From Pseudomonadota bacterium (lineage in GTDB: Bacteria; Pseudomonadota; Alphaproteobacteria; Rhodobacterales; Rhodobacteraceae), in assembly GCA_039818265.1 (NCBI GenBank), contig JBCBUG010000012.1:45132-109131 (forward strand): a stretch of DNA of 64,000 bases, written 5' to 3'. Below are positions 35,077 to 45,345 of the stretch, in pieces (positions within the stretch are counted from its first letter, which is position 1; each line of letters begins with the position of its first letter). The position numbers were made by a program, and so were the translations under genes. Below the pieces are notes generated by a model. The model searched no databases, was not told where the DNA came from, and saw nothing but the letters and a program-made list of their open reading frames with translations.

Positions 35077-35348
35077 TTTTGCGATTCAGGTTGGGGTCAA
35101 AAAAAATCAAACAAATTGTAACGACCGTGAAATAGTTCACATACGAGCGCAGATGTAGGGCGTATGTTGACTACATTCTTTGGGTTGGGGGCCGAGTGAT
35201 GTCTTTAAAGAGTTTCTATATTTTCCTGTTGCTTTCGACCGTTATCAAAAAAGCAATTTTAGCCTGCACGCGTATTCAGCGTCAGGTGAATCGCTCCCAT
35301 ACCAGTCTGACTAAAGGGGTCGTTAAACGGCCTGGGCTGGATTACTAA

Positions 35349-35389
35349 GAAACGCTTCAAGCGCGACTGTTTGGCGCTTGAAGCGTTTC
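35349..35389. promoter_or_regulatory. perfect 16-bp inverted repeat upstream of the copper gene pair
   Basis: GAAACGCTTCAAGCGC - 9 nt - GCGCTTGAAGCGTTTC, about 28 nt upstream of the ATG at 35417. Confidence 0.5.
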
Positions 35390-35416
35390 ATCTGTCTGGC
35401 CTATATGCAGGTCAGG

Positions 35417-35767
35417 ATGAGATCTGCGTTTCATAAGTTTTTGCCGGTAATTTTGTCTCTGCTGCTGGTTCTGACCGGGCAGAGCATTGCTGTGTCGCGT
35501 GGCGTGGATATGGCGACGGGCCAGATGGTCCTGTGTACGGGAAACGGTCCTGTTGTTGTCCATGTTGACGCAAATGGACAGCCAACAGCCCCACCACATT
35601 ATTGCCCCGACTATGCGCTGACCCTGTTGGGGGCGGTTGCGGATGCACAACCCGCGCAGCCCGAGGCCCCGGTTCTTCGGCTTCCCACGCCAATTCGTGA
35701 GACGGACAACCTTGTCGCAGCTCCCGTCCCGGACACACCCGCACGTGCACCTCCTGTCTTGGTCTGA
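35417..35767 (+). CDS. membrane-anchored hypothetical protein, DUF2946-like
   Basis: N-terminal TM helix, then Cys/His-containing VLCTGNG...PPHYCPDY. Sits directly upstream of PCu(A)C. Start uncertain: ATG 35405 or 35417. The ORF-track TTG at 35378 lies inside the inverted repeat. Confidence 0.45.
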   Translation: MRSAFHKFLPVILSLLLVLTGQSIAVSRGVDMATGQMVLCTGNGPVVVHVDANGQPTAPPHYCPDYALTLLGAVADAQPAQPEAPVLRLPTPIRETDNLVAAPVPDTPARAPPVLV

Positions 35768-35814
35768 CCCGACCTACAGATTTTCAGACCGCTAGACACA
35801 TAAGGAGAGGCACA

Positions 35815-36294
35815 ATGTCCCTCAAAACAACCCTGTTCGCTACTTTTTCAACCGTCCTTCTGGCCGTTCCGGCCTTTGCTGACAGCCAGATCATTGTTGA
35901 CGACGCCTACGCCCGTTCATCCGGCAAAGCCGCCAAGGCAGGGGCCGCGTTCATGATGATCCAGAACCAGGGCGAGACGGATGACCGCTTGATCAGTGCA
36001 ACATCAGATGCCGCAGCCCGGGTAGAGTTGCACACGCATAAGATCAACGATGACGGCGTGGCTCAGATGGTCCATGTCGAGGAAGGCTTTACCGTCCCTG
36101 CAGGCGGGACCTATATGCTCAAACGCGGTGGTGCGCATGTGATGTTGATGGGTTTGAAAGCCCCATTTGAGCACGGTGCCACGGTTCCCGTCACACTGGT
36201 GTTTGAGCAGGCCGGAGAGGTTGTTCTGGACATCCCAGTGGATCTGGAGCGCCAGGACACGCATGGTCACGATCACGGATCCCATTCGAACTAG
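35815..36294 (+). CDS. copper chaperone PCu(A)C
   Basis: Signal peptide and the H(M)x10Mx21HxM-like region VELHTH...MVHV...HVMLMGL. AAGGAGAGG RBS. Confidence 0.85.
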   Translation: MSLKTTLFATFSTVLLAVPAFADSQIIVDDAYARSSGKAAKAGAAFMMIQNQGETDDRLISATSDAAARVELHTHKINDDGVAQMVHVEEGFTVPAGGTYMLKRGGAHVMLMGLKAPFEHGATVPVTLVFEQAGEVVLDIPVDLERQDTHGHDHGSHSN

Positions 36295-36388
36295 CAGCAA
36301 CGCCTGTCTTCGGGCCGGTTTGCGGCCGTCATCCATGCGTCAGGCCGGGCATTGCCTGGCCTGTTTGCAAGTTGGCTCGTGTTCTTTC

Positions 36389-36997
36389 CTAGCGATGTAT
36401 GGTCTTCATGCCGATCCGTTCGTTGGCGCTGCGCAGACGGTTTGCCAGCCAGAACATGACAACCGCAATGGCAAGCGCCGAGAATGCAATCGCCCATCCC
36501 AGCGCGACCAGCGCAATGGCGGGCCAGATCATCAACACCAGACCCACGATCAGTGCCGCAATCCCCGAACCGCGCATCGAACCGCGTTGCGGATCACGCT
36601 CATTCATCTGCTGCGACGCAGCCAGTGAGCCTATGCCAATAATCAGCGCCCAGGCCCCCAACAGGAAGAAGGCCAATTTCACGGTGCCCTCAGGCCAGAT
36701 CAGCAAGATCAGTCCGATCAGTACTGCACCGATGGCTGCGCCACCTAACAGGCCCCGGCGTCCGACCCCAAGCAGCGTTAGCCCGCCATCAATGATCAGC
36801 AGGGCCCCGACCAAGCGCAGTAGCAATGCAATGCTGCCAGAGGGCCAGAAGAGCGCGGCAATGCCAACAGCACCGGCCAAAACACCGCGAACCAAGAAGG
36901 TCCACCAAAGACTGGACAGCTGAGCGCTAAGCTGGTCGCGGTCAGCCATGCTGCCGTCTTCGAGAATTTCACCGGTTTTTGGGTCTTGATCTGTCAT
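36389..36997 (-). CDS. HdeD/DUF308 family membrane protein
   Basis: Repeated DUF308-type helices: WWTFLVRGVLAGAVGIAALFWP. Confidence 0.7.
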   Translation of the reverse strand: MTDQDPKTGEILEDGSMADRDQLSAQLSSLWWTFLVRGVLAGAVGIAALFWPSGSIALLLRLVGALLIIDGGLTLLGVGRRGLLGGAAIGAVLIGLILLIWPEGTVKLAFFLLGAWALIIGIGSLAASQQMNERDPQRGSMRGSGIAALIVGLVLMIWPAIALVALGWAIAFSALAIAVVMFWLANRLRSANERIGMKTIHR

Positions 36998-37057
36998 GGT
37001 GCGGCTCCCCTGAATGAGGTGATGCGTTTGGTCTTACAATTTGCTGCTCATGTTGTC

Positions 37058-37750
37058 TTAAGTCTTTGCCATCAGCAACCGATCAACCCATCTGGGTACA
37101 GTTTCGGTTGCTTTGCCCAGCAACCGCTCATCGAAACCACCGCCTGTCGGCTCAAGATTGATTTCAATCGTGTGCGCCCCGGTCGCCTTCGCTTCGTGCA
37201 CAAAGGCAGCGGCGGGGTAGACCTGACCAGACGTGCCGATTGCAGCAAAGATCGAGGCGGAGGCGAGATGATCGAAAATCTGATCCATATGATAAGGCAT
37301 CTCGCCGAACCACACGATATCAGGCCGCCCGGACGGGGCGTCGCAGGCTGGGCAGGGCTCGTCAGGGGCCATTTCTGGAGGTGCTGTCCATCGATGGTCA
37401 CAAGCTGCACACAATGCACCAGACAGGATACCATGCATATGAATCACCGCTTTGGCGCCACCAGCCTCGTGCAAGCCATCCACGTTTTGCGTCACTATGA
37501 CCACATCGCCCGGCCAATTCTGTTGCAACCGCGCGAGGGCCCGGTGCGCAGAATTGGGGTGGACCTGAGCGGCCTGAACCCTGCGGGCATTATAAAATCC
37601 CTGAACCAAAGCCGGATTCCGGGCAAACGCCTCGGGCGTGGCGACGTCTTCGATCCTGTGCTGCGCCCACAACCCGCCCTCATCCCGAAAGGTGCTAAGC
37701 CCGCTTTCAGCGGAAATGCCTGCTCCGGTAAGAATGACGATCTTTTCCAT
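37058..37750 (-). CDS. cobB: NAD-dependent protein deacylase (Sir2/CobB)
   Basis: GAGISAESG, QNVDGLH and Zn-ribbon CxxC..CxxC motifs. ATG at 37750 has a GGAGGA RBS. Confidence 0.88.
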   Translation of the reverse strand: MEKIVILTGAGISAESGLSTFRDEGGLWAQHRIEDVATPEAFARNPALVQGFYNARRVQAAQVHPNSAHRALARLQQNWPGDVVIVTQNVDGLHEAGGAKAVIHMHGILSGALCAACDHRWTAPPEMAPDEPCPACDAPSGRPDIVWFGEMPYHMDQIFDHLASASIFAAIGTSGQVYPAAAFVHEAKATGAHTIEINLEPTGGGFDERLLGKATETVPRWVDRLLMAKT

Positions 37751-37778
37751 TTGTCCTCCGCGCGGTAGAAGATTGCCC

Positions 37779-38240
37779 ATGACACAGCGTATCCTCTTTG
37801 TATGTTTGGGCAACATCTGCCGCTCACCTGCGGCCGAAGGCGTGTTTCGCGCCAAAGCACCACGTCACACAACCGACAGTGCTGGGACTGCGGGCTGGCA
37901 CATTGGCAGCCCGCCCTACGGTCCTATGCAATCTGCCGCACGCAAGCGTGATGTCACGCTCGGCGATCTGCGCGCAAGGCAGTTTGTGGCCGAGGATTTT
38001 GACCGGTTCGATCTGATCGTCGGGATGGATGCAGAAAACATCGCGAATATCGAAACCCTGAGGCCTTTTGGAAACGATACGCCTGTTCGGATGCTGACCG
38101 AATTCGCGCCTCAGACCGGTGCGGATCATGTGCCAGATCCATATTATACGCGGGATTTTGACGGGGCGTTGGATTTGATCGAGATCGCCATCGCCGGGTT
38201 GGTCGATCACTTGGATGGGTCGTCCAGCACCTTCAATTGA
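37779..38240 (+). CDS. low-molecular-weight protein tyrosine phosphatase
   Basis: CLGNICRS P-loop and DPYY motif. ATG at 37779. Confidence 0.85.
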   Translation: MTQRILFVCLGNICRSPAAEGVFRAKAPRHTTDSAGTAGWHIGSPPYGPMQSAARKRDVTLGDLRARQFVAEDFDRFDLIVGMDAENIANIETLRPFGNDTPVRMLTEFAPQTGADHVPDPYYTRDFDGALDLIEIAIAGLVDHLDGSSSTFN

Positions 38241-39169
38241 TCACTGAGCCAGGGCAGTTTCGCCGTCGCCGGGTCAATGATCTGGCTTTGCATCAAGCGC
38301 CGCATCATGCCTGCCACCTCTTGCGGCACCTGATCGGACCAGTCCGTTCGGGTGAACAATGAAATGGTGCGGGCAAATGCGCCAAACGGGCAGGGATGGA
38401 CCTGCATGTCGTCGTGAAACCGCGCCGCGCGCATATAGCCCAGCGGCGTTGTAATGGCCCAGCCCAGACCGCGTGCAACCATGGCCATCAGCGCCAGGTG
38501 CGAGCCGATCTCGAACCGTTCTTCATAGTCAATCTGCTGACGGGCCAGGTGGCCTTCGATTTGGCGGCTGATCAGTTGCTCGCGCGCGTAGCGCAAAAAA
38601 GGCAGGTCCTGCACGACGGTCTGCGCATCACCCGCGCCAGCCGGAGCGACCAGTATGAATGGATCCTGCACCAACGGATATTCAATGACACCTTCCAGCA
38701 CTTCGCCGCTATGGGCGGAAACGGCCAGATGCAGGCGCTGGGCCTCTAACTCGGCAAACAGGTCAAGGCTGGGCAGGGTGATCAGCTTGAATTTCGACCG
38801 GGTAAGACTGTCAGCCAGCAGTGTCGCCAGCCGAGGTGTTAGGTCATTGTCGAAATCGTCGATCAGGCCGATGGACAAAGTGGTGAGATGCCCCAGATCC
38901 ATCACGGTCAATTCGCTTTGGGCCATTTGCAGCTCAGCCAAAACCGCCTGAGCGCGGGTCAGAAAGCTGCGCCCGGCCTGCGTCAACCGCATCGGCCGCC
39001 GCCCGTGATCGACCAGATCGGTGCCCAGAGCCTTTTCCAGATTGCGCAACTGCTGAGAAACCGAGGGCTGGCTGAGCCCCGTGATCTCGGCCGCCTGCGC
39101 CACCGATCCCGTCCGTGCCAGTGCCTCGAACACTTCAAGGCCCCGCAGGGTCAGCCCTTTCATCACCAT
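38207..39169 (-). CDS. LysR family transcriptional regulator
   Basis: N-terminal wHTH (LEVFEALARTGSVAQAAEITGLSQPSVSQQLRNLE) plus a substrate-binding domain. Start is 39169 or 39163. Confidence 0.85.
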   Translation of the reverse strand: MVMKGLTLRGLEVFEALARTGSVAQAAEITGLSQPSVSQQLRNLEKALGTDLVDHGRRPMRLTQAGRSFLTRAQAVLAELQMAQSELTVMDLGHLTTLSIGLIDDFDNDLTPRLATLLADSLTRSKFKLITLPSLDLFAELEAQRLHLAVSAHSGEVLEGVIEYPLVQDPFILVAPAGAGDAQTVVQDLPFLRYAREQLISRQIEGHLARQQIDYEERFEIGSHLALMAMVARGLGWAITTPLGYMRAARFHDDMQVHPCPFGAFARTISLFTRTDWSDQVPQEVAGMMRRLMQSQIIDPATAKLPWLSDQLKVLDDPSK

Positions 39170-39234
39170 AAGATACACCTTTCGCTGCGCCTTTCTGAGG
39201 CGCAGCGTGCATCAGGTCAAGGTTTCAGAAGGGC

Positions 39235-39543
39235 TTAGCTACAGATCGCCTGCGCCATCTGGCCAAAGTTCTGATACCGATCCCACAGCGCATCGTCGCG
39301 CGAAGATTGTGACATCTTCAGCTCCTGCGCCTGATGGGGGTCGGTGAACCATTTGGCAACGGTCTTCTGATCACTGCGCGTCAGGGCCTGATTGGCCACC
39401 CGCTGAATGCAACTGCACCGATCCCGCGTCGCCGCCGACCGGTCCGACGCCATACACGCCCGTTTGATCTGCGCCGCGTCCACAACCGGAGCCACCGCCG
39501 TCAGCGATGCCGCACAAAATGCGATAAGGAGGAACTGTTTCAT
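39235..39543 (-). CDS. small secreted Cys-containing hypothetical protein
   Basis: Signal peptide MKQFLLIAFCAASLTAVAPVVDA and 4 Cys in the mature part. GAGG RBS. Confidence 0.55.
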   Translation of the reverse strand: MKQFLLIAFCAASLTAVAPVVDAAQIKRACMASDRSAATRDRCSCIQRVANQALTRSDQKTVAKWFTDPHQAQELKMSQSSRDDALWDRYQNFGQMAQAICS

Positions 39544-39733
39544 ACTCGAGCCTCGTTTTTTGCCTGCCCGGACGGGTCTGATGCCCTCTCGGTCTGCGGC
39601 GGAGTATGAATCAAACGGGGGGAGGGATCAATTGTTTTGACAGCCCAATCAAACGGTGTTGATTTGACAAGGGTGGAAACCACACAATGAGATACTTCGG
39701 CAGTGAATATGAGCAGTCAATTTAAAAGGTAAG

Positions 39734-40750
39734 ATGATGATTTCTATCAAATCGGTTTTTATGTCGGCATTACTTTGTTTGTCTCCGTTTGTGGTTTTGT
39801 CGGATACGCCTTCTTTGCAAGGCGAAGATGCGCCGGAATTCAAAGAGGCGGTTCAGGCATGGTTGGACGGAAAGGACTTGGCTGCATTGCGAAGCCTTTC
39901 TGATCAGGCGCAACAGGGTAACTCAGCAGCTCAAATCCTTCTGGCAAGCATTGCAAGCCGGAGCAGTTTTCATGCGCACGTTACTTCTGGGATGGATCGA
40001 AAGGAGCGTATCTCCCTGCTGCGAAAACCCGGCGGTTTGTCCGGCAAATCATGGCTGACGGAAGCGCAAAACTCAGAGCCGCTGGCCCTTGCGCTACTAC
40101 AAGTTGGCAAGTTCAAGGAAAAGGCGCCTGCAATCGCTGTACTGATCGAACTTGGCGAGCCAATTACAGCGATGCTTGCTGCGCAAACTATGCTCCACAA
40201 CGGTGAAGGCGCGGATTTGGTTGAGGTTTTGCAAGGCCGTGATAGCAAGCTTCCAAAAGAATCTAACATCTTCCTGTTCTGGGCGCTACATCAACAAAAT
40301 CAAGGTTTAGATGGTCCTAACTTTGGAGGTTCAGCATCATTGGCCAGAATTTTGACTGGAGATGATCGCTTCATGCCATCCGAACTAACGTGGGGCATAT
40401 TCACTCCTAGAGAATTGCTAAATGACCCGGATATCAGGGAAGCGGCGCTCCAATTTAGTTCAGAGATAACGGCTTGGACTCCCATTCGTAAGTTTTGTAG
40501 TGATTACTGCGCGGATGAAGAGTCCGATTGCACTGTCACGGCAGCTGCCTTGCTTTCCTCGCCTTATTCTCCCAGAAGCCCATTGCAGAGCTTGATTGCC
40601 AATCAAAATTATTGGTCGAGTGACCGGATTGAAGGAGACGTCGCGCGTTCGATTCGGGACATCAGGGGTTGGGAGTTTAGTGCAGAATACGAATACAATC
40701 AGTGCTTTACATCCAACATGCAGGCACTTCAGCGAGCGCATTGGCCATAA
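39734..40750 (+). CDS. secreted hypothetical protein (possible Sel1/TPR-like N-terminal region)
   Basis: Signal peptide. AT-richer: 55/120 G+C in two hand-counted lines. AQQGNSAAQILLASI is weakly Sel1-like. Confidence 0.5.
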   Translation: MMISIKSVFMSALLCLSPFVVLSDTPSLQGEDAPEFKEAVQAWLDGKDLAALRSLSDQAQQGNSAAQILLASIASRSSFHAHVTSGMDRKERISLLRKPGGLSGKSWLTEAQNSEPLALALLQVGKFKEKAPAIAVLIELGEPITAMLAAQTMLHNGEGADLVEVLQGRDSKLPKESNIFLFWALHQQNQGLDGPNFGGSASLARILTGDDRFMPSELTWGIFTPRELLNDPDIREAALQFSSEITAWTPIRKFCSDYCADEESDCTVTAAALLSSPYSPRSPLQSLIANQNYWSSDRIEGDVARSIRDIRGWEFSAEYEYNQCFTSNMQALQRAHWP

Positions 40751-40913
40751 ACCGGCGCGTCACTTCAAAACAAGTTTGGCTCTGGCATCAAGTGTGAAGC
40801 CAATAACATTTCTAAAGCCGATTTGTATGCAATTGGCCATGAGATTGTTTTGGTCATCGCAGATCGCCTAGAACCATTGACCACAGCCCGTTTCCGACGC
40901 ATATCCCCAATCC

Positions 40914-42713
<1,800 letters not shown>

Positions 42714-42791
42714 AGGCTGGCCATTTTTAAGGCGGGTGGGCGAAAGCGGTTGGCGCAGCCAACTGCGTACCCGCGGGGTGGGGCGGCCAAG

Positions 42792-44057
42792 TCAACCGCC
42801 GGTATTTTCTGTAGGTGAGTGAAATTTGTCCGCGCAATTGAGAATATAGAGAGTTCTCTCTCGCGAATTTTCTTCGCTGCTCACATCGCAGAACTGCCAA
42901 AATTCCTCTTCGCTGCTAAATTTGAATGGATTGGCCAAGTAGTGGCGCATCATCGGTTCAATCAACGATTTGATTTGATGAGCTAAGGTGTCACCGAATT
43001 GAGTGCTAACCTCTCCACTGTGCGAGTACATATTCCGCCGAAGCTTAAGATGCTGGCCCAAGGCGGTCATTTCGCTACGGGTCGTGAAAAAGCCAGCGGC
43101 GCGCCTGATAATGCGGTCATGATTTGAGTTTTTGAAACCTGCGATGGTTTCCAGCACTTGCCAACCTAGCATAAACGCATCTTGCGGATTATGTTGGCTA
43201 AATGCTTGATTGTACAGTCGAAGTGCTTTCAACGCGTTAGGTCTCCACTTGTCTGGCAATTCGTGAATTTTCTCGAACGTGAGTTTTGTGGCTTTCTTGA
43301 TCGACCGGTGCTTTTGCTCGTTGGGTTCTGCGTTAAAATAATTTTTTGGATACCACTGATGGTAGTAGAAACCCGGATAGGCCAAACTCCCCTTGAGACC
43401 GTGAATCGTTATATGTGGCGCAACGAGAATGCGCGAGATTGGCCTTTGAATTCCTGAGTACATTCGCCAATTAGAACCATGGCTGCTCCAAAAATTTGTG
43501 CACCCGAGAACTTCGTCTAGTGCTTTTTGCGTTGTGTTTTGGGCGGTCTCTGGATCGGAAGCTTTGGTTCGTGCAAAGCATAGCTTATAGTTGGCAATCT
43601 CTTCAAAGGTGTTCTCAAAACCGGACTTGAAACTCTTACGCTGCTCGGCGCGGTTGTGTATAACCTCGGTAAAGACTTTGGTATTCTCGCTTGGATTGAA
43701 GTCTATTGAAACATCTTCAGATTTGTATCGATTTTGAAGTAGCTTGATCTGCCCCCAAAGAGGATACACTACTAGCCATGTTTTCTGACGGTCTTGCAGT
43801 TTGCGTTTATGTTCATGATACGCGGCTTTGAATGAACTTATGCTAAGGGTTTGCGAACTGTTCATCGCTTTTGCGATCGCTGCGGACTTCACGCTTTCTG
43901 GAACTGTTTCATCTATGATTGCTGTTTCAAGAATACTTCTCCAATAATCTGGCACGCCAAAATGACCATAGCTAACACTGCCTGTATCTTGCAGTGTTCT
44001 CGATTTTGAGACCGCACTTAGAAGTTCGGTGACGTTGAAACCAGAATTCCATTTCAT
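42792..44057 (-). CDS. orphan 421-aa protein with a C-terminal HEPN-like domain (putative Abi/defence RNase)
   Basis: Single uninterrupted ORF in an AT-rich islet: 106/240 G+C in four hand-counted lines, against 39/60 in one lepA line. An R341-N-M-Y-S-H346 (RNxxxH) motif at nt 43020..43037 lies about 45 aa after the helix AFMLGWQVLETIAG. Confidence 0.5.
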   Translation of the reverse strand: MKWNSGFNVTELLSAVSKSRTLQDTGSVSYGHFGVPDYWRSILETAIIDETVPESVKSAAIAKAMNSSQTLSISSFKAAYHEHKRKLQDRQKTWLVVYPLWGQIKLLQNRYKSEDVSIDFNPSENTKVFTEVIHNRAEQRKSFKSGFENTFEEIANYKLCFARTKASDPETAQNTTQKALDEVLGCTNFWSSHGSNWRMYSGIQRPISRILVAPHITIHGLKGSLAYPGFYYHQWYPKNYFNAEPNEQKHRSIKKATKLTFEKIHELPDKWRPNALKALRLYNQAFSQHNPQDAFMLGWQVLETIAGFKNSNHDRIIRRAAGFFTTRSEMTALGQHLKLRRNMYSHSGEVSTQFGDTLAHQIKSLIEPMMRHYLANPFKFSSEEEFWQFCDVSSEENSRERTLYILNCADKFHSPTENTGG

Positions 44058-44217
44058 AACGTGTTATAACTGCCTGATATTTTAAAGTATCTGCTTGGTA
44101 CTAATGTAGAATTAACAGCGATAGAACGTCAATCAAACCACCCGCCCGGCGGCACCGCCGGGCCGCGCCGACCCGCCCCCGTCAAACCGAAGGTTTGCCT
44201 CCGGCAAAACGGGCGGC

Positions 44218-44403
44218 GCGTTTGCGCCTCCCCTCGGGTCGGTCGCGGCCCTACGCACTGTTGATCAACCGTTGCAAACGCGTTTGCGCCCCAGGGCTCG
44301 GCCCGTTCGCGGCTGAATTCCTCCACTGGACGAATTCCAAGACGCCGCTCATCCCCTCGGTTCGGCGCGGCCTTCATTTCTACGATCAACCGCTGCCAGC
44401 GAC
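44218..44403. repeat. three degenerate tandem repeats of ~62 nt
   Basis: Units begin at 44218, 44280 and 44342. GCGTTTGCGCC recurs at 44218 and 44280. CCCCTCGG(G/T)TCGG..GCGGCC...GATCAACCG(T/C)TGC recurs at 44230 and 44353. Confidence 0.6.
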
Positions 44404-45311
44404 TAAAGTCGCGCTGAAGCGAAGATGAAGCTTTCCTTAGAAAAGTTGCAACCGGCCCACGCCCTCCCAATCTGTTTAACAGGACAGCGGGGATTTACGC
44501 CGTAGCCTGCGGATCAGAACGACCTACAGCACTGTTCTGGACTGACAGGCGAACCGAAGCGTCTCCGGCCTGATCGAGAGTAGGGGGTACCAGCTGCCTG
44601 CGCGGGCAGCGTTTAGTAGGTATTTATGATCAGGTCGGGACGCTTCTCAGAGCCCCAGCCGGCAGGGCGAGTCGTTCTTCGATTCGGGCTCAACCACAGC
44701 GGGATTCGTCGGTTTGCGATTGTATATGGCCTTCGCAAGTGCAGCATCGCCTGAGATTTGAGCGTTTTCGATCCTTTCGGACTTTTCCACGCGCAAGCAG
44801 GCCAAGTTACAAAACTTCTCGATTTATCCACATCGCCCTCCCGGCGGATATCAACAGGTTATCCCCGTCTAATTTTCATGCTGCAGTGCTATTTTCTTGC
44901 CGGTTTCTGGCCGCAATGTAACAGTGAGATCACCGCAGCACTTCCTCGGAACAGGCAGCGGGGCGCAAGGGCCAGGGGGCCAACGCAGGATCGGGTAAGT
45001 TTTAGGATTTGCTTGGGTTTGCAGGGGTTTACCGGTTGCTGAGCGGTCGAGTTGGGTGTCAGATCCCGGGTCGATAGATCAGCTTCTCAAAATGGGTCTT
45101 GGGCGCTGTAACGGCCTTCGGGTCGAAGCGGCAGTCGCAGCTTCGAAAGGGGCTGAGGCAACTGGATCAGGGTGCCCCCTTGGGGCGCGCTGAACCGGTA
45201 AGGCGTCAGGAGTGTCCGCAAGGATAAATGCAAAGACCGCGTCTGCGCACCTGACGCCTTTTCCTATTCCGGTTCCATACAGGCCATCATCCAAGACCCC
45301 TTCGAATGGAA

Positions 45312-45345
45312 ACGGGGTTCCTTCGTGTGAACGAAAGAACCCCGT
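45312..45345 (-). terminator. hairpin downstream of the entericidin-like gene
   Basis: 9-bp stem ACGGGGTTC / GAACCCCGT with an inner TTCG/CGAA extension. The minus strand continues TTTCCATT. Confidence 0.5.

Noticed and set aside
38207-38240. Convergent 3' overlaps (LMW-PTP/LysR 34 nt; also mlaD-operon DUF2155/aat at 49579..49624 and ABC-2/DMT at 22053..22071)
   Set aside because: Short convergent overlaps are common in compact high-GC genomes. There is no additional signal suggesting regulation.
44129-44470. 113-aa minus-strand ORF
   Set aside because: It lies wholly within the tandem/REP-like repeats, has an Arg/Gly/Pro-rich composition and no RBS. I treat it as a repeat artefact.
44470-45300. 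Possible tmRNA, RNase P RNA, SRP RNA, B12 riboswitch or ORF-less group II intron in the ORF-free region
   Set aside because: I looked by eye for the hallmark strings. These were the GGTTCGA-type T-arm plus tag-peptide ORF ending in AA-stop, the GAGGAAAGTCCGGGC P4 of RNase P, the GTGCG 5' end plus AGC..GAAA..GGTTC domain V, and the B12 box. I found only weak partial matches: ggaaaagtccgaaagg, gtgcgcag, ttcttcgattc. I cannot exclude a divergent RNA without a covariance-model search.
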